Counted from the stretch's first letter, positions 11,528-22,818 are shown. The stretch: 64,000 nt of DNA from Trueperaceae bacterium (GCA_034521815.1 JAXHLW010000013.1:1536001-1600000), one strand, 5' to 3'. Translations and numbers: made by a program. Notes: generated from the letters alone by a model not told the origin.

Positions 11528-11725
11528 CGCATACCTCCTCGAGGAGGGCGCCTGCCGGCAGCGGCCCCGGCAGGCAGAAACCGGGGCGAACACGTACGCT
11601 ACACCGCTTGCGTGAAGAATAGCACAAGGCCGGTGCCGTCGCTGCCGTCTGCCCGTCTGCCCGTCGATGGGGGTTGGATCACGGCCAGCTTGCCGTACAT
11701 CCATATGTGTCGTAAGGTGAACCAG

Positions 11726-11956
11726 ATGAAGACCACGCTGGTCATCGACGACACCGTCGTCCGGCGCCTGCGCCAGGAGGCCGCGAAGCGCGGCGTCACC
11801 ATGTCCGCGCTCGTCGAGGCGGGCCTCCGCCGGGTCCTGGACGAGCCGACGGCGTCGGTGGAGCCGCTGCCCCCGCTGCCACGCTGGAACGGTGGCGGTG
11901 CACGCGTCGACGTCGCGGACCGCGACGCGCTGTACGCGCTCCTCGACCGGGACTGA
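11726..11956 (+). CDS. vapB: VapB-type (RHH/CopG) antitoxin
   Basis: MKTTLVIDD..RRLRQEAAKRGVTMSALVEAGLR, directly upstream of a PIN toxin. Confidence 0.85.
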   Translation: MKTTLVIDDTVVRRLRQEAAKRGVTMSALVEAGLRRVLDEPTASVEPLPPLPRWNGGGARVDVADRDALYALLDRD

Positions 11957-11961
11957 ACGGC

Positions 11962-12411
11962 GTGGTCGTCGTGGACACCAACGTCCTGCTCTACGCCGCG
12001 GACGAGAGCAGTGAGTTCCACGCGCCGTGCCGGACCTTGCTCGAGGGGCTGCGGTCCGGGCCCCTCCCGTGGTTCCTTACCTGGGGCATCGCCTACGAGT
12101 TCCTGCGCGTCGCTACCCACCCGCGCCTCTACCCGCATCCATGGGCGGCGTCCGAGGCGCATGCGTTCCTCGAGGCGTTGCTGCGCTCCCCGAGCGCACG
12201 GCTGCTGACCCCCACGGCGCGCCATGCGGAGGTCCTTGCCGCGTCGCTCGTCGACGTCCCCGAAGCGCGCGGCAACCTCCTTCACGACCTCCACACCGCG
12301 GTCCTCATGCGCGAGCACGGGGTCAGTCGCATCGTCACGCGCGACCGCGACTTCCACCGCTTCGCGTTCCTCGACGTCGTCGATCCGCTCCGGATGGAGC
12401 GCATCGGCTGA
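11962..12411 (+). CDS. vapC: VapC PIN-domain toxin
   Basis: VVDTNVLLYA, EFLRVATH, GNLLHD and TRDRDF motifs. Confidence 0.92.
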   Translation: MVVVDTNVLLYAADESSEFHAPCRTLLEGLRSGPLPWFLTWGIAYEFLRVATHPRLYPHPWAASEAHAFLEALLRSPSARLLTPTARHAEVLAASLVDVPEARGNLLHDLHTAVLMREHGVSRIVTRDRDFHRFAFLDVVDPLRMERIG

Positions 12412-12499
12412 GGGGCGCTTCCGAACCCGGATCGGATCCGCCTCCGCACGACTCGGACGCCGCCTCCGCGAACTGGCTGCCACCTTGCCGCGCCGCGCC

Positions 12500-12640
12500 G
12501 AGGTTATCTCGCGCTCCTCGACCGGCATGCGCTCGCGCGCGACGGCGACCACCCGCTTCATGCTCACGCTCCATCGCGGCGTGTGACGAGCATGCCGTCC
12601 TCGACGATGGCGGTGAGGTCGTTGGTGGTCTTCGCCTCAG
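12500..12640 (-). pseudogene. Possible remnant of a class IV (branched-chain/D-amino acid) aminotransferase
   Basis: Broken frames read EAKTTN..AIVEDGMLVT..DG and KRVVAVARERMPVEEREI, resembling the class IV C-terminal region. Confidence 0.35.
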
Positions 12641-12812
12641 GGAACTAGCGGCTGTGACGCCGGGATCCGAGCCCCGTCGGTCGAACCCGGCACCACCCCA
12701 CCACCGGCGCCTCACGACGCGCCCCCTCGAGCCGCTCGCCATGCCGCCGTGACGTCGAAGCGATCGGCCTCCCGTCCAGCTGGTTCGCCCCCGCCTCCAG
12801 TACGCTGCGGCC

Positions 12813-13565
12813 ATGCGCGACCTGGCCACCATCGCGACGGCGCTGCGACGCGCCCACGGGATCGTGGTCCTCACCGGCGCGGGCGTATCGGTCGAGAGCG
12901 GGCTGCGTCCGTTCCGTGGGACCGACGGCTGGTGGCGGGGGCACGACCCGACGCGGCTCGCGACGCCCGAGGCGTTCGCCGCCGACCCGGCGCTCGTGAG
13001 CGAGTGGTACGACGCGCGCCGCCTGACGGCCCTTGCCGCTGAGCCCAACGCGGGACATCGCGCCATCGCTGCGCTGGAGCGACTGGTGGTGGACGCCGGT
13101 GGGCGCTTCGCGCTGCTGACGCAGAACGTCGACGGTCTGCACCGGCGCGCCGGCAGCGAACGCCTGGTCGAGCTCCACGGCAGCATCACGGTGTGGCGCG
13201 ACCACCGCTCGGGCCGGAAGGTGATGCCCGAGCCGGTACCGTTTACCTCGCATCCACAGTCGGGTCCGGACAACGGCTGGCTGCGTCCCGACGTGGTGTG
13301 GTTCGGCGAGATGCTGCCCAGCGAAGCGTGGTCGGCCGCCGAGGCGGCGCTGGAACTGGTGCGACCTGTTCCTGGTCATCGGCACGAGCGCGGCCGTCTA
13401 CCCGCAGCTGGCCTGGTGGGCCGAGCGGCCGCGGTGGGCGCCGTCACGGTCGAGATCAACATCGAGCCCACACCGGCTCCGGTCGAGTACCGCTTGATCG
13501 GACCTTCCGGCAAGGTGTTGCCTAGCCTGTTGGAGGAAGCGTTCGGGATCGAGCCGACGGCGTAA
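12813..13565 (+). CDS. cobB: NAD-dependent protein deacylase (sirtuin, CobB-like), with two compensating frameshifts near 13360-13405
   Basis: TGAGVSVESG, QNVDGLH, ELHGS and LRPDVVWFGE. The motif DLFLVIGTSAAVYP appears in a shifted frame. Confidence 0.88.
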   Translation: MRDLATIATALRRAHGIVVLTGAGVSVESGLRPFRGTDGWWRGHDPTRLATPEAFAADPALVSEWYDARRLTALAAEPNAGHRAIAALERLVVDAGGRFALLTQNVDGLHRRAGSERLVELHGSITVWRDHRSGRKVMPEPVPFTSHPQSGPDNGWLRPDVVWFGEMLPSEAWSAAEAALELVRPVPGHRHERGRLPAAGLVGRAAAVGAVTVEINIEPTPAPVEYRLIGPSGKVLPSLLEEAFGIEPTA

Positions 13566-13589
13566 GCGACGGCTCCGCGGCAGGCGCGA

Positions 13590-14043
13590 TCACGGCCGCT
13601 GCCGTCCCGATGCCACGCCACGAATCGCGCGCGTCGGATCGACGAACGTGTGCCCGCGTCGGTGGTTGGACGACCCGGTGACCTGCAGCCAGCTCCCCGT
13701 CGGGGCCCCGGAACGAGAACAGCTGACGCCCGCTGTCCAAGGTCTGCACCGCGTCGTCGAGCAGCGGCACCCCCGCGTCGCGCAGCCGCGCGAACGCCGC
13801 CGGCACGTCGTCGGCCTGGAACGCGAGGTGGTGCACGAGACCGTCGCCGTCGAGGTGATCGGAGAGGCCGGCGATCAGCTCGAGCTGGGCTCCGCCGCCT
13901 GGTGGCGCGAGGAAGGCGATCTTCGCGCCGTTCGCGAGCGAGGCGCGATCGACGACCCCGAAGCCGAAGTGGCGCTCGTAGAAGCCGATGGACCGTTCGA
14001 GGTCCGTGACGCGAACGGCGACGTGATGGAGGCCTGTGGTCAT
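13590..14043 (-). CDS. VOC/glyoxalase family protein (3' end uncertain, frameshift near 13692)
   Basis: LHHVAVRV.DLERSIGFY, LELI, HHLAF and GPDGE motifs. Confidence 0.82.
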
Positions 14044-14115
14044 GGCTCAGCCTACCGGCCCACTGCCCGCTCGCCGCCGCGGTACGTGGCTCGCGACGGT
14101 GCTCGACGTGGCGCT

Positions 14116-14170
14116 CGGCACGTGTCGAAGCGGCACGTGTCAAGCGGCACGTCACGAAGCCGCACGTCGT
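14116..14170. repeat. Imperfect tandem repeat, about 4 units of 14-15 bp (CGGCACGTGTCGAAG)
   Basis: cggcacgtgtcgaag / cggcacgtgtcaag / cggcacgtcacgaag / ccgcacgtc. Confidence 0.65.
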
Positions 14171-14348
14171 CACGTCGACGTCGGCGCGATCACGATGCGA
14201 CGATCAGCGCTGTCGCGACCACCGAAAGCACGACGAGATGCGTGCCGAGCAGGAGACGGAACCGTCCGAGCATGCGCCCGCCGCTACACCTGCGAGGGAT
14301 AGGCTGATTCCGGCCAGTCCGATGGCCAGCGTGGCATGAAGGAGGATC

Positions 14349-14852
14349 GTGTCCGAGCACCGCGAAGCATGGGTCGTCTACGACTCCGTACACGGCAACA
14401 CCCGAGCGATCGCCTCCGCGATCGCCGAAGGCCTGAGGAGTAGCGGGCCGGTCCAGATGGTCCCTGCCGGCGACGCGGATCCTGCCCGCTGGCTCGGCGC
14501 TCGCGCCGTGGTCTTGGGCTGTCCGACGCACGGATTCTCGATGAGCCCGGCGATGAAGGAGCTCGCCGCTCAGCTGACGCGCGGCACGCCGAGCGACGTG
14601 CCGCTCGCGGCGTTCGACACGCGCTTCGGGGTCGAGGACATGCCGTCGAGGGTGCTGAAGGTCATCGTCTCGATCGTCGGCAAGCGTGCGTGGGCAGCGA
14701 CGGATCTGGCCGCATCGGCGTCCGTGCAGGTGCGCAAGCTGCTCGCCCAGCCTGCAGGCTTCTTCGTTCGCGATACGGAGGGTCCGCTGGCGAAGGCGAG
14801 CTCGAGCGGGCCACGGCGTGCGGGTCGCGCGCTGATCACGGCACCGCGCTGA
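14349..14852 (+). CDS. Flavodoxin-like protein (probable frameshift near the C-terminus)
   Basis: VVYDSVHGNTRAIA, GCPTHG, AAFDTR and FFVRDTEGPL. Confidence 0.8.
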   Translation: MSEHREAWVVYDSVHGNTRAIASAIAEGLRSSGPVQMVPAGDADPARWLGARAVVLGCPTHGFSMSPAMKELAAQLTRGTPSDVPLAAFDTRFGVEDMPSRVLKVIVSIVGKRAWAATDLAASASVQVRKLLAQPAGFFVRDTEGPLAKASSSGPRRAGRALITAPR

Positions 14853-14920
14853 ACGTAGCTCTCGAACAGTACACTCGCACGTAGACGCGCGATCGCTCGC
14901 TCGTCCCGAGGAGGGCCCAC

Positions 14921-16854
14921 GTGGCTGTTCGTCGCACCCTGGCCGCGATCTCGGCTCTCGTCGTCGCGTCTGCTGCTCGCCGTTTCCGCCTGCTGGCGTC
15001 CGGACGGGTCTGGCCGAGCCGCCAGCGCCTGCGACGGGTCGGCACGACCGTCGGCGCGATCGGCCGGTGCGGCGATCCAGCTACCCTGATCCACGAGATC
15101 CAGGGCGCCGGCCCGATCAGCCCGCTGACGGGCCGCAGCGTCGCGATCGAAGGTGTCGTGGTCGGTGACTTTCAGGAGGGCGACGGCGACGACGCCGACC
15201 TGCGGCGGCTTCTTCGTGCAGGAAGAGGACGCCGACGCGGACGGCGACCCGGCGACGTCCGAGGGTGTCTTCGTGTTCGCACCCGGCGCGCCCGACGTTC
15301 GGGTCGGCGACGTCGTCCGGATCGAGGGCGACGCGAACGAGTTCTCCGGGATGACGCAGCTCTCGAACACGACATTGCTGGCCTGCGATACGGCCGTGAC
15401 GCTGCCGACCGCGACGGAGATCGCGCTCCCGCTGGAATCGCTCGACGCTCTCGAGGCGTTCGAAGGCATGGTCGTCACCTTCCCGCAGGAGCTGTTCATC
15501 GCCGAGTTCTTCGACTTCGACCGCTTCGGCGAGATCGTCCTGGCCGCACCGCTCGACGTCAGTCCCGCCGCCTCGGGCCGGCACTACCAGCCGACCAGTT
15601 ACGTGACGTCCGAGCCCAACGCGCTAGGCCGCGCTCGGAGGCCGATCGCACTGAACCGCATCACGCTCGACGACGGCCGGACGACACAGAATCCGGAGGC
15701 GCCCCGGCATCCGAACGGAAAGCCGTTCAGTCTCACGAACCGCTTCCGTGGCGGGGACACCGTCACCGACTACGACCGGCGTCCTCCATGACGCGTTCGG
15801 CCTCTACCGCATCCAGCCGACGCGAGGCGCCGAGTACGCGGCGGCGAACCCACGTCCGCTCGCACCGGGCCACGTCGGCGGGAACGTCACGGTCGCCACG
15901 CTCAACGTCCTGAACTACTTCGCCACCCTCGACGACCGCGGTGCCTATCTGCGGACCGAGGCGCGATCAGGAGTGCCGCGGCGCGGACGACGCCGAGGAG
16001 TTCGGCCGTCAGCGCGACAAGATCTTCGCCGCCCTCGGCGCGATGGACGCAGACGTCGTCGGCCTCGTCGAGATCGAGAACGACGCCGCCAACGTCGCCC
16101 TCGGCGACCTGATCGACGGCCTGAACGACGTCGTGGGGACTGGAAGCTATGCCGCGATCCAGACCGGTCCGGTCGGGCAGCGACGCCATCCGCGTCGCCC
16201 TGATCTACCAGCCCGCCAGCGTCACGCCCATCGGCGACGTCGCCGTGCTGGCCACGCCAGCCTTCCTCGATCCGGCCGGCGTCGGCGACGACGCGAACCG
16301 GGCCGCCCTGGCGCAGACGTTCGCGCCGGCGGGCGGCGGGCAGGCGGTCACCGTCGTCGTGAACCACCTCAAGAGCAAGGGCTCCCCCTGCGGCCCTGGC
16401 GACGACGACCCGGTCCAGGGCAGCTGCAATCGCACGCGCACGCTGGCGGCACGGGAGCTGCTGGCGTGGGTCTCGACCGATCCGACGGGCAGCGGCAGCC
16501 CGCACGTCCTGCTGATCGGCGACTACAACGCGTACGACGAGGAAGACCCCATCGACGTCCTGCTGCGCGGCGGGTACGCCGACCTGCTCGAGGCGTTCCA
16601 GGGAGAGGAGGCGTACACCTACGTGTTCGACGGCATGCTCGGATACCTCGACTACGCGTTCGCCAGCGACAGCCTCACGAGCAGCGGCCGGGTGACCGGC
16701 GCGACCGCCTGGCCGATCAACGCCGACGAGCCCGACATTCTCGATTACGACACGAGCTTCAAGGGACCCCGGCAGGCGGCGCTGTACGAGCCCGAACGCG
16801 TACCGCTCGTCCGACCACGACCCGGTCATCGTCGGACTGGACCTGGCCGACTAG
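14921..16854 (+). CDS. ExeM/NucH-family extracellular endonuclease, multiple frameshifts
   Basis: Pieces in different frames: IHEIQG, GFFVQEED..DGDPATSEG, ITLDDG, ATLNVLNYF, VNHLKSKG, IGDYNAY, LDYAFAS, INADEP and YRSSDHDPV. Confidence 0.87.
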
Positions 16855-16968
16855 CCCCGCGTCTCGAAACACGGTCCGCCCTCGCCACTCCGGTATGGTT
16901 CGTTCCATGATTCGAACCTTCTTACCCATCGATCTACCAGGCGCGCGTCGCGAACCGGCGCTCCGACC

Positions 16969-17964
16969 GTGAGCGACGATCCCGCGATCCGCGTTCACGA
17001 TGTCGCCAAACGCTTCGGCGCGGTCACGGCGCTGGACGGCGTCGATCTCGAGGTGGCTTCCGGCACCGTGTACGGTCTTCTGGGTCCCAACGGTGCCGGC
17101 AAGACGACCCTCGTACGCATCCTCACCGCCCTGATGCGTCCCGACAGGGGGTACGCCGAGGTTCTCGGGCTGGACGTCGGCCGCGACGCCCACCGGCTGC
17201 GCCCGAGGATCGGCCTGGCGGGTCAGTACGCCGCCGTCGACGAGAACCTGACCGGACGCGAGAACCTGCGCATGGTCGGGCGCCTCTACCACCTGCCGGT
17301 CGCCGAGGCCCGCCGGCGAGCCGACGAGGTCCTGGCCGAGTTCGACTTGGAGGACGCGGCCGACCGGCCGGCGAAGACCTACTCGGGCGGCATGCGCAGG
17401 CGGCTGGACCTGGGCGCCAGCCTGGTCGGTCGCCCCGAGGTGCTGTTCCTCGACGAGCCCACCACCGGTCTCGACCCGAGGACGCGTCTGGACATGTGGC
17501 GACTGATCGAACGCCTCGTCGAAGGAGGCACCACGCTGATGCTCACCACGCAGTACATGGACGAGGCCGACGCGCTGGCGGACCGGATCGCCGTCATCGA
17601 CCACGGCCGGGTGATCGCCGAAGGGACCCCTGCCGAGCTGAAGGGACGCATGGCTCGCGACGTGGTCCACGTCACGGTCGGCCCCGACGACGACGTCGAG
17701 AACGTGGCTCACGATCTCCGTCCCCTCGCCGCCGGCGATACGCAGGCCGACCCGAACGCCCGCCGCGTCACCGTCCCGGTGGCCGACGGTACGCAGAGCC
17801 TCCTCGCGATCGTCCGGCGGCTGGACGAGACCGGAACGCGGATCGAGGACATCGGCCTTCACCGCCCCACGCTGGACGACGTGTTCCTGGCGCTCACCGG
17901 CAGCGGCGTCGACGACGCGCCAGGCTCGGAGAGCGCCGCGACACCTGCAGGGAGCCGACCGTGA
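16969..17964 (+). CDS. ABC transporter ATP-binding protein (DrrA-like)
   Basis: GPNGAGKT, YSGGMRRR, FLDEPTTGLDP and PTLDDVF. Confidence 0.93.
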   Translation: MSDDPAIRVHDVAKRFGAVTALDGVDLEVASGTVYGLLGPNGAGKTTLVRILTALMRPDRGYAEVLGLDVGRDAHRLRPRIGLAGQYAAVDENLTGRENLRMVGRLYHLPVAEARRRADEVLAEFDLEDAADRPAKTYSGGMRRRLDLGASLVGRPEVLFLDEPTTGLDPRTRLDMWRLIERLVEGGTTLMLTTQYMDEADALADRIAVIDHGRVIAEGTPAELKGRMARDVVHVTVGPDDDVENVAHDLRPLAAGDTQADPNARRVTVPVADGTQSLLAIVRRLDETGTRIEDIGLHRPTLDDVFLALTGSGVDDAPGSESAATPAGSRP

Positions 17965-18756
17965 GCGCCCGCACCAGCCCACCGCCCCTCACGCGCCTGA
18001 CCCACAACGTCAGCGACACGTTCGTGCTGGCGCAGCGCAACCTGATGCGCTACGTGCGGCTTCCCCAGCTGCTGGCGTTCTCGACCGTCCAGCCCGTCAT
18101 GTTCGTGCTGCTGTTCAACTACGTCTTCGGCGGCGCCCTGTTCCTCCCCCGACGTCGACGCCTACATCAACTACCTGATGCCGGGGATCCTGGTCCAAAC
18201 GGTCCTGTTCGGCGCCACGCAGACCACGGTGGGACTGGCCGAGGACCTGTCGAAGGGGATGATCGACCGCTTCCGCTCGCTGCCGATGGGCCGCGCCGCC
18301 GTGATGGGCGGCCGGACCATCGCGGACAGCATCCGCAACGTGTTCGTGGTGACGCTCATGCTGATCGTCGGCGGCCTCATCGGGTTCCGCTTTCAGAACG
18401 GCATCGTGGCGGGACTCGCGGCGGTGGGCCTTGTGATCCTGTTCGGCTTCGCGTTCTCGTGGATCAGCGCCTTCATCGGACTCTTGACACGCGACCCGGA
18501 GACGGCGCAGGTCGCCGGCTTCATCTGGGTGTTTCCGCTGGTGTTCGCATCGTCCGCGTTCGTCCCCGTCGAGACGATGCCGCAGTGGCTGCAGGCGTTC
18601 GCGAACGTGCAGCCGATCTCGGTCACCGTCGACGCCGTACGCGCGCTGACGCTGGGGCGTCCCTTGGATCCCATCTGGCCTACGCTGGCGTGGATCGTCG
18701 CCATCCTCGTGGTCTTCGTGCCGCTGTCGGTCCGGCAGTACCGACGCAGCGTGTGA
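17961..18756 (+). CDS. ABC-2 type permease (DrrB-like), frameshift in a C-run near 18148
   Basis: QPVMFVLLFNYVFGG followed by YLMPGILVQ, DRFRSLP and FVPVETMPQWLQ. Confidence 0.88.
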
Positions 18757-19352
18757 CCGGTCCCGAGCCGGACGCGAACGGCTCGCACTCGCCCTCCGCG
18801 CCCGATGCCGGCGCGCAGGCGTTCCTGCGGTTCGTGCGCATCTACATGCGATCGATGGTGGACGACATGAGCGCGCTGCTGAAGGACCACGGCCTGTCCA
18901 TGCCGCAGGTCGCGGCGCTTCAGTACCTCCACGCCGAGGCGCCCGCCACGGTGACCGCGATCGCCTCCCACCTCAACCTGACGATGGCCGCCACCAGCCA
19001 TCTCGTCGAGCGGCTGGTCGTCAAGGGGCTCGTGCGCCGGACGGAGAACGCCCGCGACCGACGCCAGAAGCAGGTCGCTCTGAGCGCCGCTGGCCGGGAG
19101 CTGGTCGCCGAGAGTCACGCTCGCGCCGCCGCCGTGCTGGACGCGCTGCTGAGCGACGTCTCGCCAGCCAAGCGCGCAGCGATGGCGACCGCCGTCCACG
19201 CGGTCGTCGACGAGCTGACGGCCGCGAACGGCGACGTGGACGGCGCATCGTCGTGTCGGTGCGTGAGGAACGGCCGCACCGGGCGATCCCGGCCGTGCAC
19301 GGTCGTCGCGGCGATGCGCGGATGCTCGTCCCGACGAGACCCGATCCCGTGA
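18753..19352 (+). CDS. MarR-family transcriptional regulator
   Basis: GLSMPQ..AL, TMAATSHLVERLV.KGLVRR and DRRQK.VALS..G. Confidence 0.85.
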   Translation: MTGPEPDANGSHSPSAPDAGAQAFLRFVRIYMRSMVDDMSALLKDHGLSMPQVAALQYLHAEAPATVTAIASHLNLTMAATSHLVERLVVKGLVRRTENARDRRQKQVALSAAGRELVAESHARAAAVLDALLSDVSPAKRAAMATAVHAVVDELTAANGDVDGASSCRCVRNGRTGRSRPCTVVAAMRGCSSRRDPIP

Positions 19353-19356
19353 TCGC

Positions 19357-20631
19357 CTACGCCGCAGGAGGTCCGATGCGGGGCTCGCGGCGCCACGCCC
19401 GCCCCAGCAGCCACGCGGCGGGACCCAGCAGCATCGCTGCAGCGACGAACGCGGCCGGCATGCCGAACACCACGGCGACGAGCCCCAGCAGCGGACCGCC
19501 CGCGACCTGACCCAGCGCGTCCGCGACACCGGCCGCCGAGAAGGCGGTGGCGCGCGTCGCGCTCTCCAGCTCACGGTTCAGCCACGCCCGGTACAGCGGC
19601 GTGTTCAGGCGAGCCGAGACGCGAGCCAGGAGGTACATCGACACGGCGAGATCCAGCCGTCCGGCCAGACCGAACGCGGCGACCGCGCCCCCTGCACCAC
19701 CGTGAGCGCCAGCAGGACGGCCACCAGCGGACGGCGGGCCGTGCCGTCCGGATCTGCCCGGTCCAGGCCCCGCCGCGCCAGCTCGGCCGAGGCGATGCCA
19801 AGCGCGGCGGTGACGATCGCGACCAGCGCCGAACCCACGTCGGCGCGCCGATCCCGCCGGGCAAGCCGGGGCCCGCGATCATCCGGGCCTCCCACAGGCG
19901 ATCGAACGTCTCGGACGACGCGCCCGCGAACAGGGCGACCCCGAGGATCGTCCACACCAACGGACGCTCCCTCGCCAGCGCCACGCCCCGAGCGAGCGTG
20001 CCCGCGACGGCTCGCAGAGGGTCGCGGTCTCTCCCTTCACGGGGCTCGAAGCCGGTCTCCTGCATCGACAGCGCTAGGAAGGCGGCGAGCAGGAGAAACC
20101 CCACGCCGCCGACGACCAGGGGAAGCCCCAGCGAGACGCTCCCCGCCAGGGCGGCCACCGGAATGCCGGCGAGCGCGGCGGCCTGCTGCACCTGCGCGGC
20201 GCGCAGGAAAGCCCTGCTGGCGGCCCGCTCGCCGATCTCGTCCGACAGCCACGCCTCCACGGCGCCGGACTCGAACGCCGCCCCGAGCCCCAGATCACCT
20301 GCGCCAGCAGGACGGCGGCCAACATGGGCACGAGGCCCTCCAGGACGAAGCCGACCCCGATCAGCATCGTGCCGACCAACAGCGACAGGCGCCTCGACAC
20401 CGTGTCCGCCAGGATCCCCGTCGGTAGCTCCGCGAGCAGCACCGTGCCTTCGAGCACAGTGCCGACCAGGACCAGCTGAAGCGGCGTCAATCCGACCACC
20501 TGGAAGCGGTACACGGAGGACAGGGTGGCCATCACCGCGAACGCGAACGCAGTGACGGCGGCGTGAACGAGGTATACCGTCGACGCCGGCGCGGGCAGGA
20601 GCGGAACGCGTGATCGCCGCACGGACGGCAT
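19357..20631 (-). CDS. MFS transporter, several frameshifts
   Basis: GLTPLQLVLVGT, ELPTGILADTVSRR, SGAVEAW, GASSETFDRLW, RATAFS and GQVAGGPLLG. Confidence 0.82.
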
Positions 20632-20755
20632 GATACGAGGGCCGCCGTGCGGTCGCCGCGGATCGGCCTGCCGTCATCGTATGCCGGCCCTTCCGCCCGG
20701 CTAGCCGGCGTCGCTGGCGCGGGACGCACGTCCGCCCCGTGCTAGCGTGCCGGCC

Positions 20756-21109
20756 GTGACGATGCTCAGGCGCCCCGCACTCCTGTCGGCCTTCCGCCTC
20801 GTGGCGCATCTCGAGGCGGTGTCGTGGGCCGGCCTGCTCGTCGGCATGTTCCTCGAGCGCGTCCTCGTTCGCCATGCGGAGCTGGGCGACCGGCTGGTGT
20901 TCATCTTCGGCAGCGTGCACGGCGGCCTGGTGATCGGGTACGTCGCGCTCGCCGTGGGCGTCGGACTGGCCCGTGGCTGGCGCCCGCTCACCTGGGCCTT
21001 GGCGCTCGCAGCGACCGTGCCTCCGTTCGCGACGCTGGCGTTCGACGGCTGGGCGCGACGCACCGGACGGTACGTCCTTTCGAACGAGGCGGCGCCCGCC
21101 AGCGATTGA
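20756..21109 (+). CDS. DUF3817-like membrane protein
   Basis: FRLVAHLEAVSW, FGSVHG and ATVPPFAT. Confidence 0.75.
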   Translation: MTMLRRPALLSAFRLVAHLEAVSWAGLLVGMFLERVLVRHAELGDRLVFIFGSVHGGLVIGYVALAVGVGLARGWRPLTWALALAATVPPFATLAFDGWARRTGRYVLSNEAAPASD

Positions 21110-21127
21110 GCGCGACGTAGCCCGACG

Positions 21128-22129
21128 CTACGAAGCCGAGCGCTCCGGCGGCGGGTCCGTGCGACCGTTCACGAGCGGTGGCGCGCCTCGCAGCGAGCCG
21201 TCGGCACCCGTCCTCAGCGTGACGTCGAAGATGTCCGGTCGGGCGTAGTGCCCAGCGACGTCCAGCTGGAACCGTGAACCGCGCAGCGCGCCCATGTCCA
21301 GATCGGCGTAGAGGATCTCCTCCCGCTCGGTCACCGGCTCGACCAGGAACTTGCCGTCGGGATCGACGATGCAGCTTCCGCCCGGGTTGATCCACGCCGT
21401 GTCGGGCAGGTGCGCGGCCTTGAAGGCGAACGCGTCGGGTACGTCGTCACGGTGGACCGGCGAGCAGCAGCCGATCACGAAGGTACGGCCCTCCTTGGCG
21501 ATGTGCCTCAGGGTCGACGTCCACGGCTCGCCCCGGTCCCAGGTGGGCGCCGCGAACAGCTGCACGCCGCGCGCGTACAGCGCCCAGCGAGCCAGCGGCA
21601 TGTAGTTCTCCCAGCAGATCAGGCCTCCCAGCCGCCCGATGTCCAGCTCGTACGCGGTCAGGCTGGCGCCGTCCCCCCGGCCGTGGACCAGCCGCTCGGC
21701 GACGGTGGGGATCAGCTTGCGGTGGCGCCCCAGCAGCCGGCCGTCGGGTCCGATGAACAGCAGCGAGTTGTACAGCGTCGTGCCGGTGCCGTCGTCGTCG
21801 CGCTCGTTGATCCCCATCACCACGGTCACGCCCGCGTCGCGCGCCGCGTCGCGCAGGCGCTCCACGGCGGCGCCGGGAACGGTGACGGCCTGCTGCAGCA
21901 GCAGGTCGTACAGCTCGCGCAGCTCACCCGTACGGAACGGGGGCACGAACCACGCCCAGAACGGGTACGTGGGGATGAACCCTTCGGGAAACACGGCCAG
22001 CCGAGCGCCGTTGCGCCCGGCCTCGGCGACGAGCTCGCACGCCTTCGCGACGGTGGCTTCAAGGTCGAGGAACACGGGGGTGGCTTGCACCGCGGCGACG
22101 CGGACGGGTGACGAAGACGACTGGATCAT
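21128..22129 (-). CDS. Nitrilase (carbon-nitrogen hydrolase, branch 1)
   Basis: Catalytic E-K-C triad in FPEG, HRKLIPT and LICWENYMPL, plus DVAGHYARPD. Confidence 0.92.
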   Translation of the reverse strand: MIQSSSSPVRVAAVQATPVFLDLEATVAKACELVAEAGRNGARLAVFPEGFIPTYPFWAWFVPPFRTGELRELYDLLLQQAVTVPGAAVERLRDAARDAGVTVVMGINERDDDGTGTTLYNSLLFIGPDGRLLGRHRKLIPTVAERLVHGRGDGASLTAYELDIGRLGGLICWENYMPLARWALYARGVQLFAAPTWDRGEPWTSTLRHIAKEGRTFVIGCCSPVHRDDVPDAFAFKAAHLPDTAWINPGGSCIVDPDGKFLVEPVTEREEILYADLDMGALRGSRFQLDVAGHYARPDIFDVTLRTGADGSLRGAPPLVNGRTDPPPERSAS

Positions 22130-22359
22130 GACGACGCTCCGATCAGCTCAGCGAGATTCCGGATCTCCCGGGCCCGACCGGCTGTCGTCGTCGTGCAGCG
22201 ACGGCGAAAGGCGGAACGTCTTGGGTTCGGGACCTGCAGTATGGGGGTTCCGGGGCGCATGCGCAAGGCCGCGTCGCGTGTCGCGCTCGATGCCGACCGG
22301 CCGCTCGCGCAGCGTCCACGCGTCGCGTATCGTGGAGCCTCGCTCCGAAGGAGACGCGA

Positions 22360-22818
22360 ATGACGACGATGGACCGACGTGAGCGCGATGTTCTGGCGCA
22401 CGCCTTGGCGACGCTCGAGTACCGGACGGACGTCGCCCTGGCCGGCGCTCCCGACACGTTCATGACCTTCCGCGCCGCTCCCGACGTGCGGACGCCGGAA
22501 GAGCTCCTGGCGCACATGACGCAGCTGATGGCGATGGCCGAGAACCGGATGGACGAAGCCGCTTCCGTGACTCGCGGCGCCGAGCCGGACGCCGATTCGG
22601 GCCCTCCCCTGACGCACTTCCGGAATCGACTCCGCGCACTCGCCGTCGCGATCGAGGCGGCCGAGGACCTGCAGCGCGCTACGGCGTACAAGCTCCTGCA
22701 AGGACCCATTCTCGATGCGGTCACGCATGCGGGACAGCTGACCCTGCTGCGGCGCCTGTCGGGATCCCCGATCACGGCCTCCGGGTACTTCCGAGCCGAG
22801 ATCGCCAAGTCTTGGTGA
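22360..22818 (+). CDS. Hypothetical protein, DinB-like fold suspected
   Basis: GGAG RBS, RTPEELLAHM and QGPILDAVTHAGQLTLLRR. Confidence 0.65.
   Translation: MTTMDRRERDVLAHALATLEYRTDVALAGAPDTFMTFRAAPDVRTPEELLAHMTQLMAMAENRMDEAASVTRGAEPDADSGPPLTHFRNRLRALAVAIEAAEDLQRATAYKLLQGPILDAVTHAGQLTLLRRLSGSPITASGYFRAEIAKSW

Noticed and set aside
12813-13565. Defence-type SIR2 NADase
   Set aside because: The motifs are those of a classical CobB-like deacylase and there are no defence partner genes.
17496-19352. 618-aa ORF joining a permease N-terminus to MarR
   Set aside because: Product of the drrB frameshift and an open GC-rich frame. The genes are separate.
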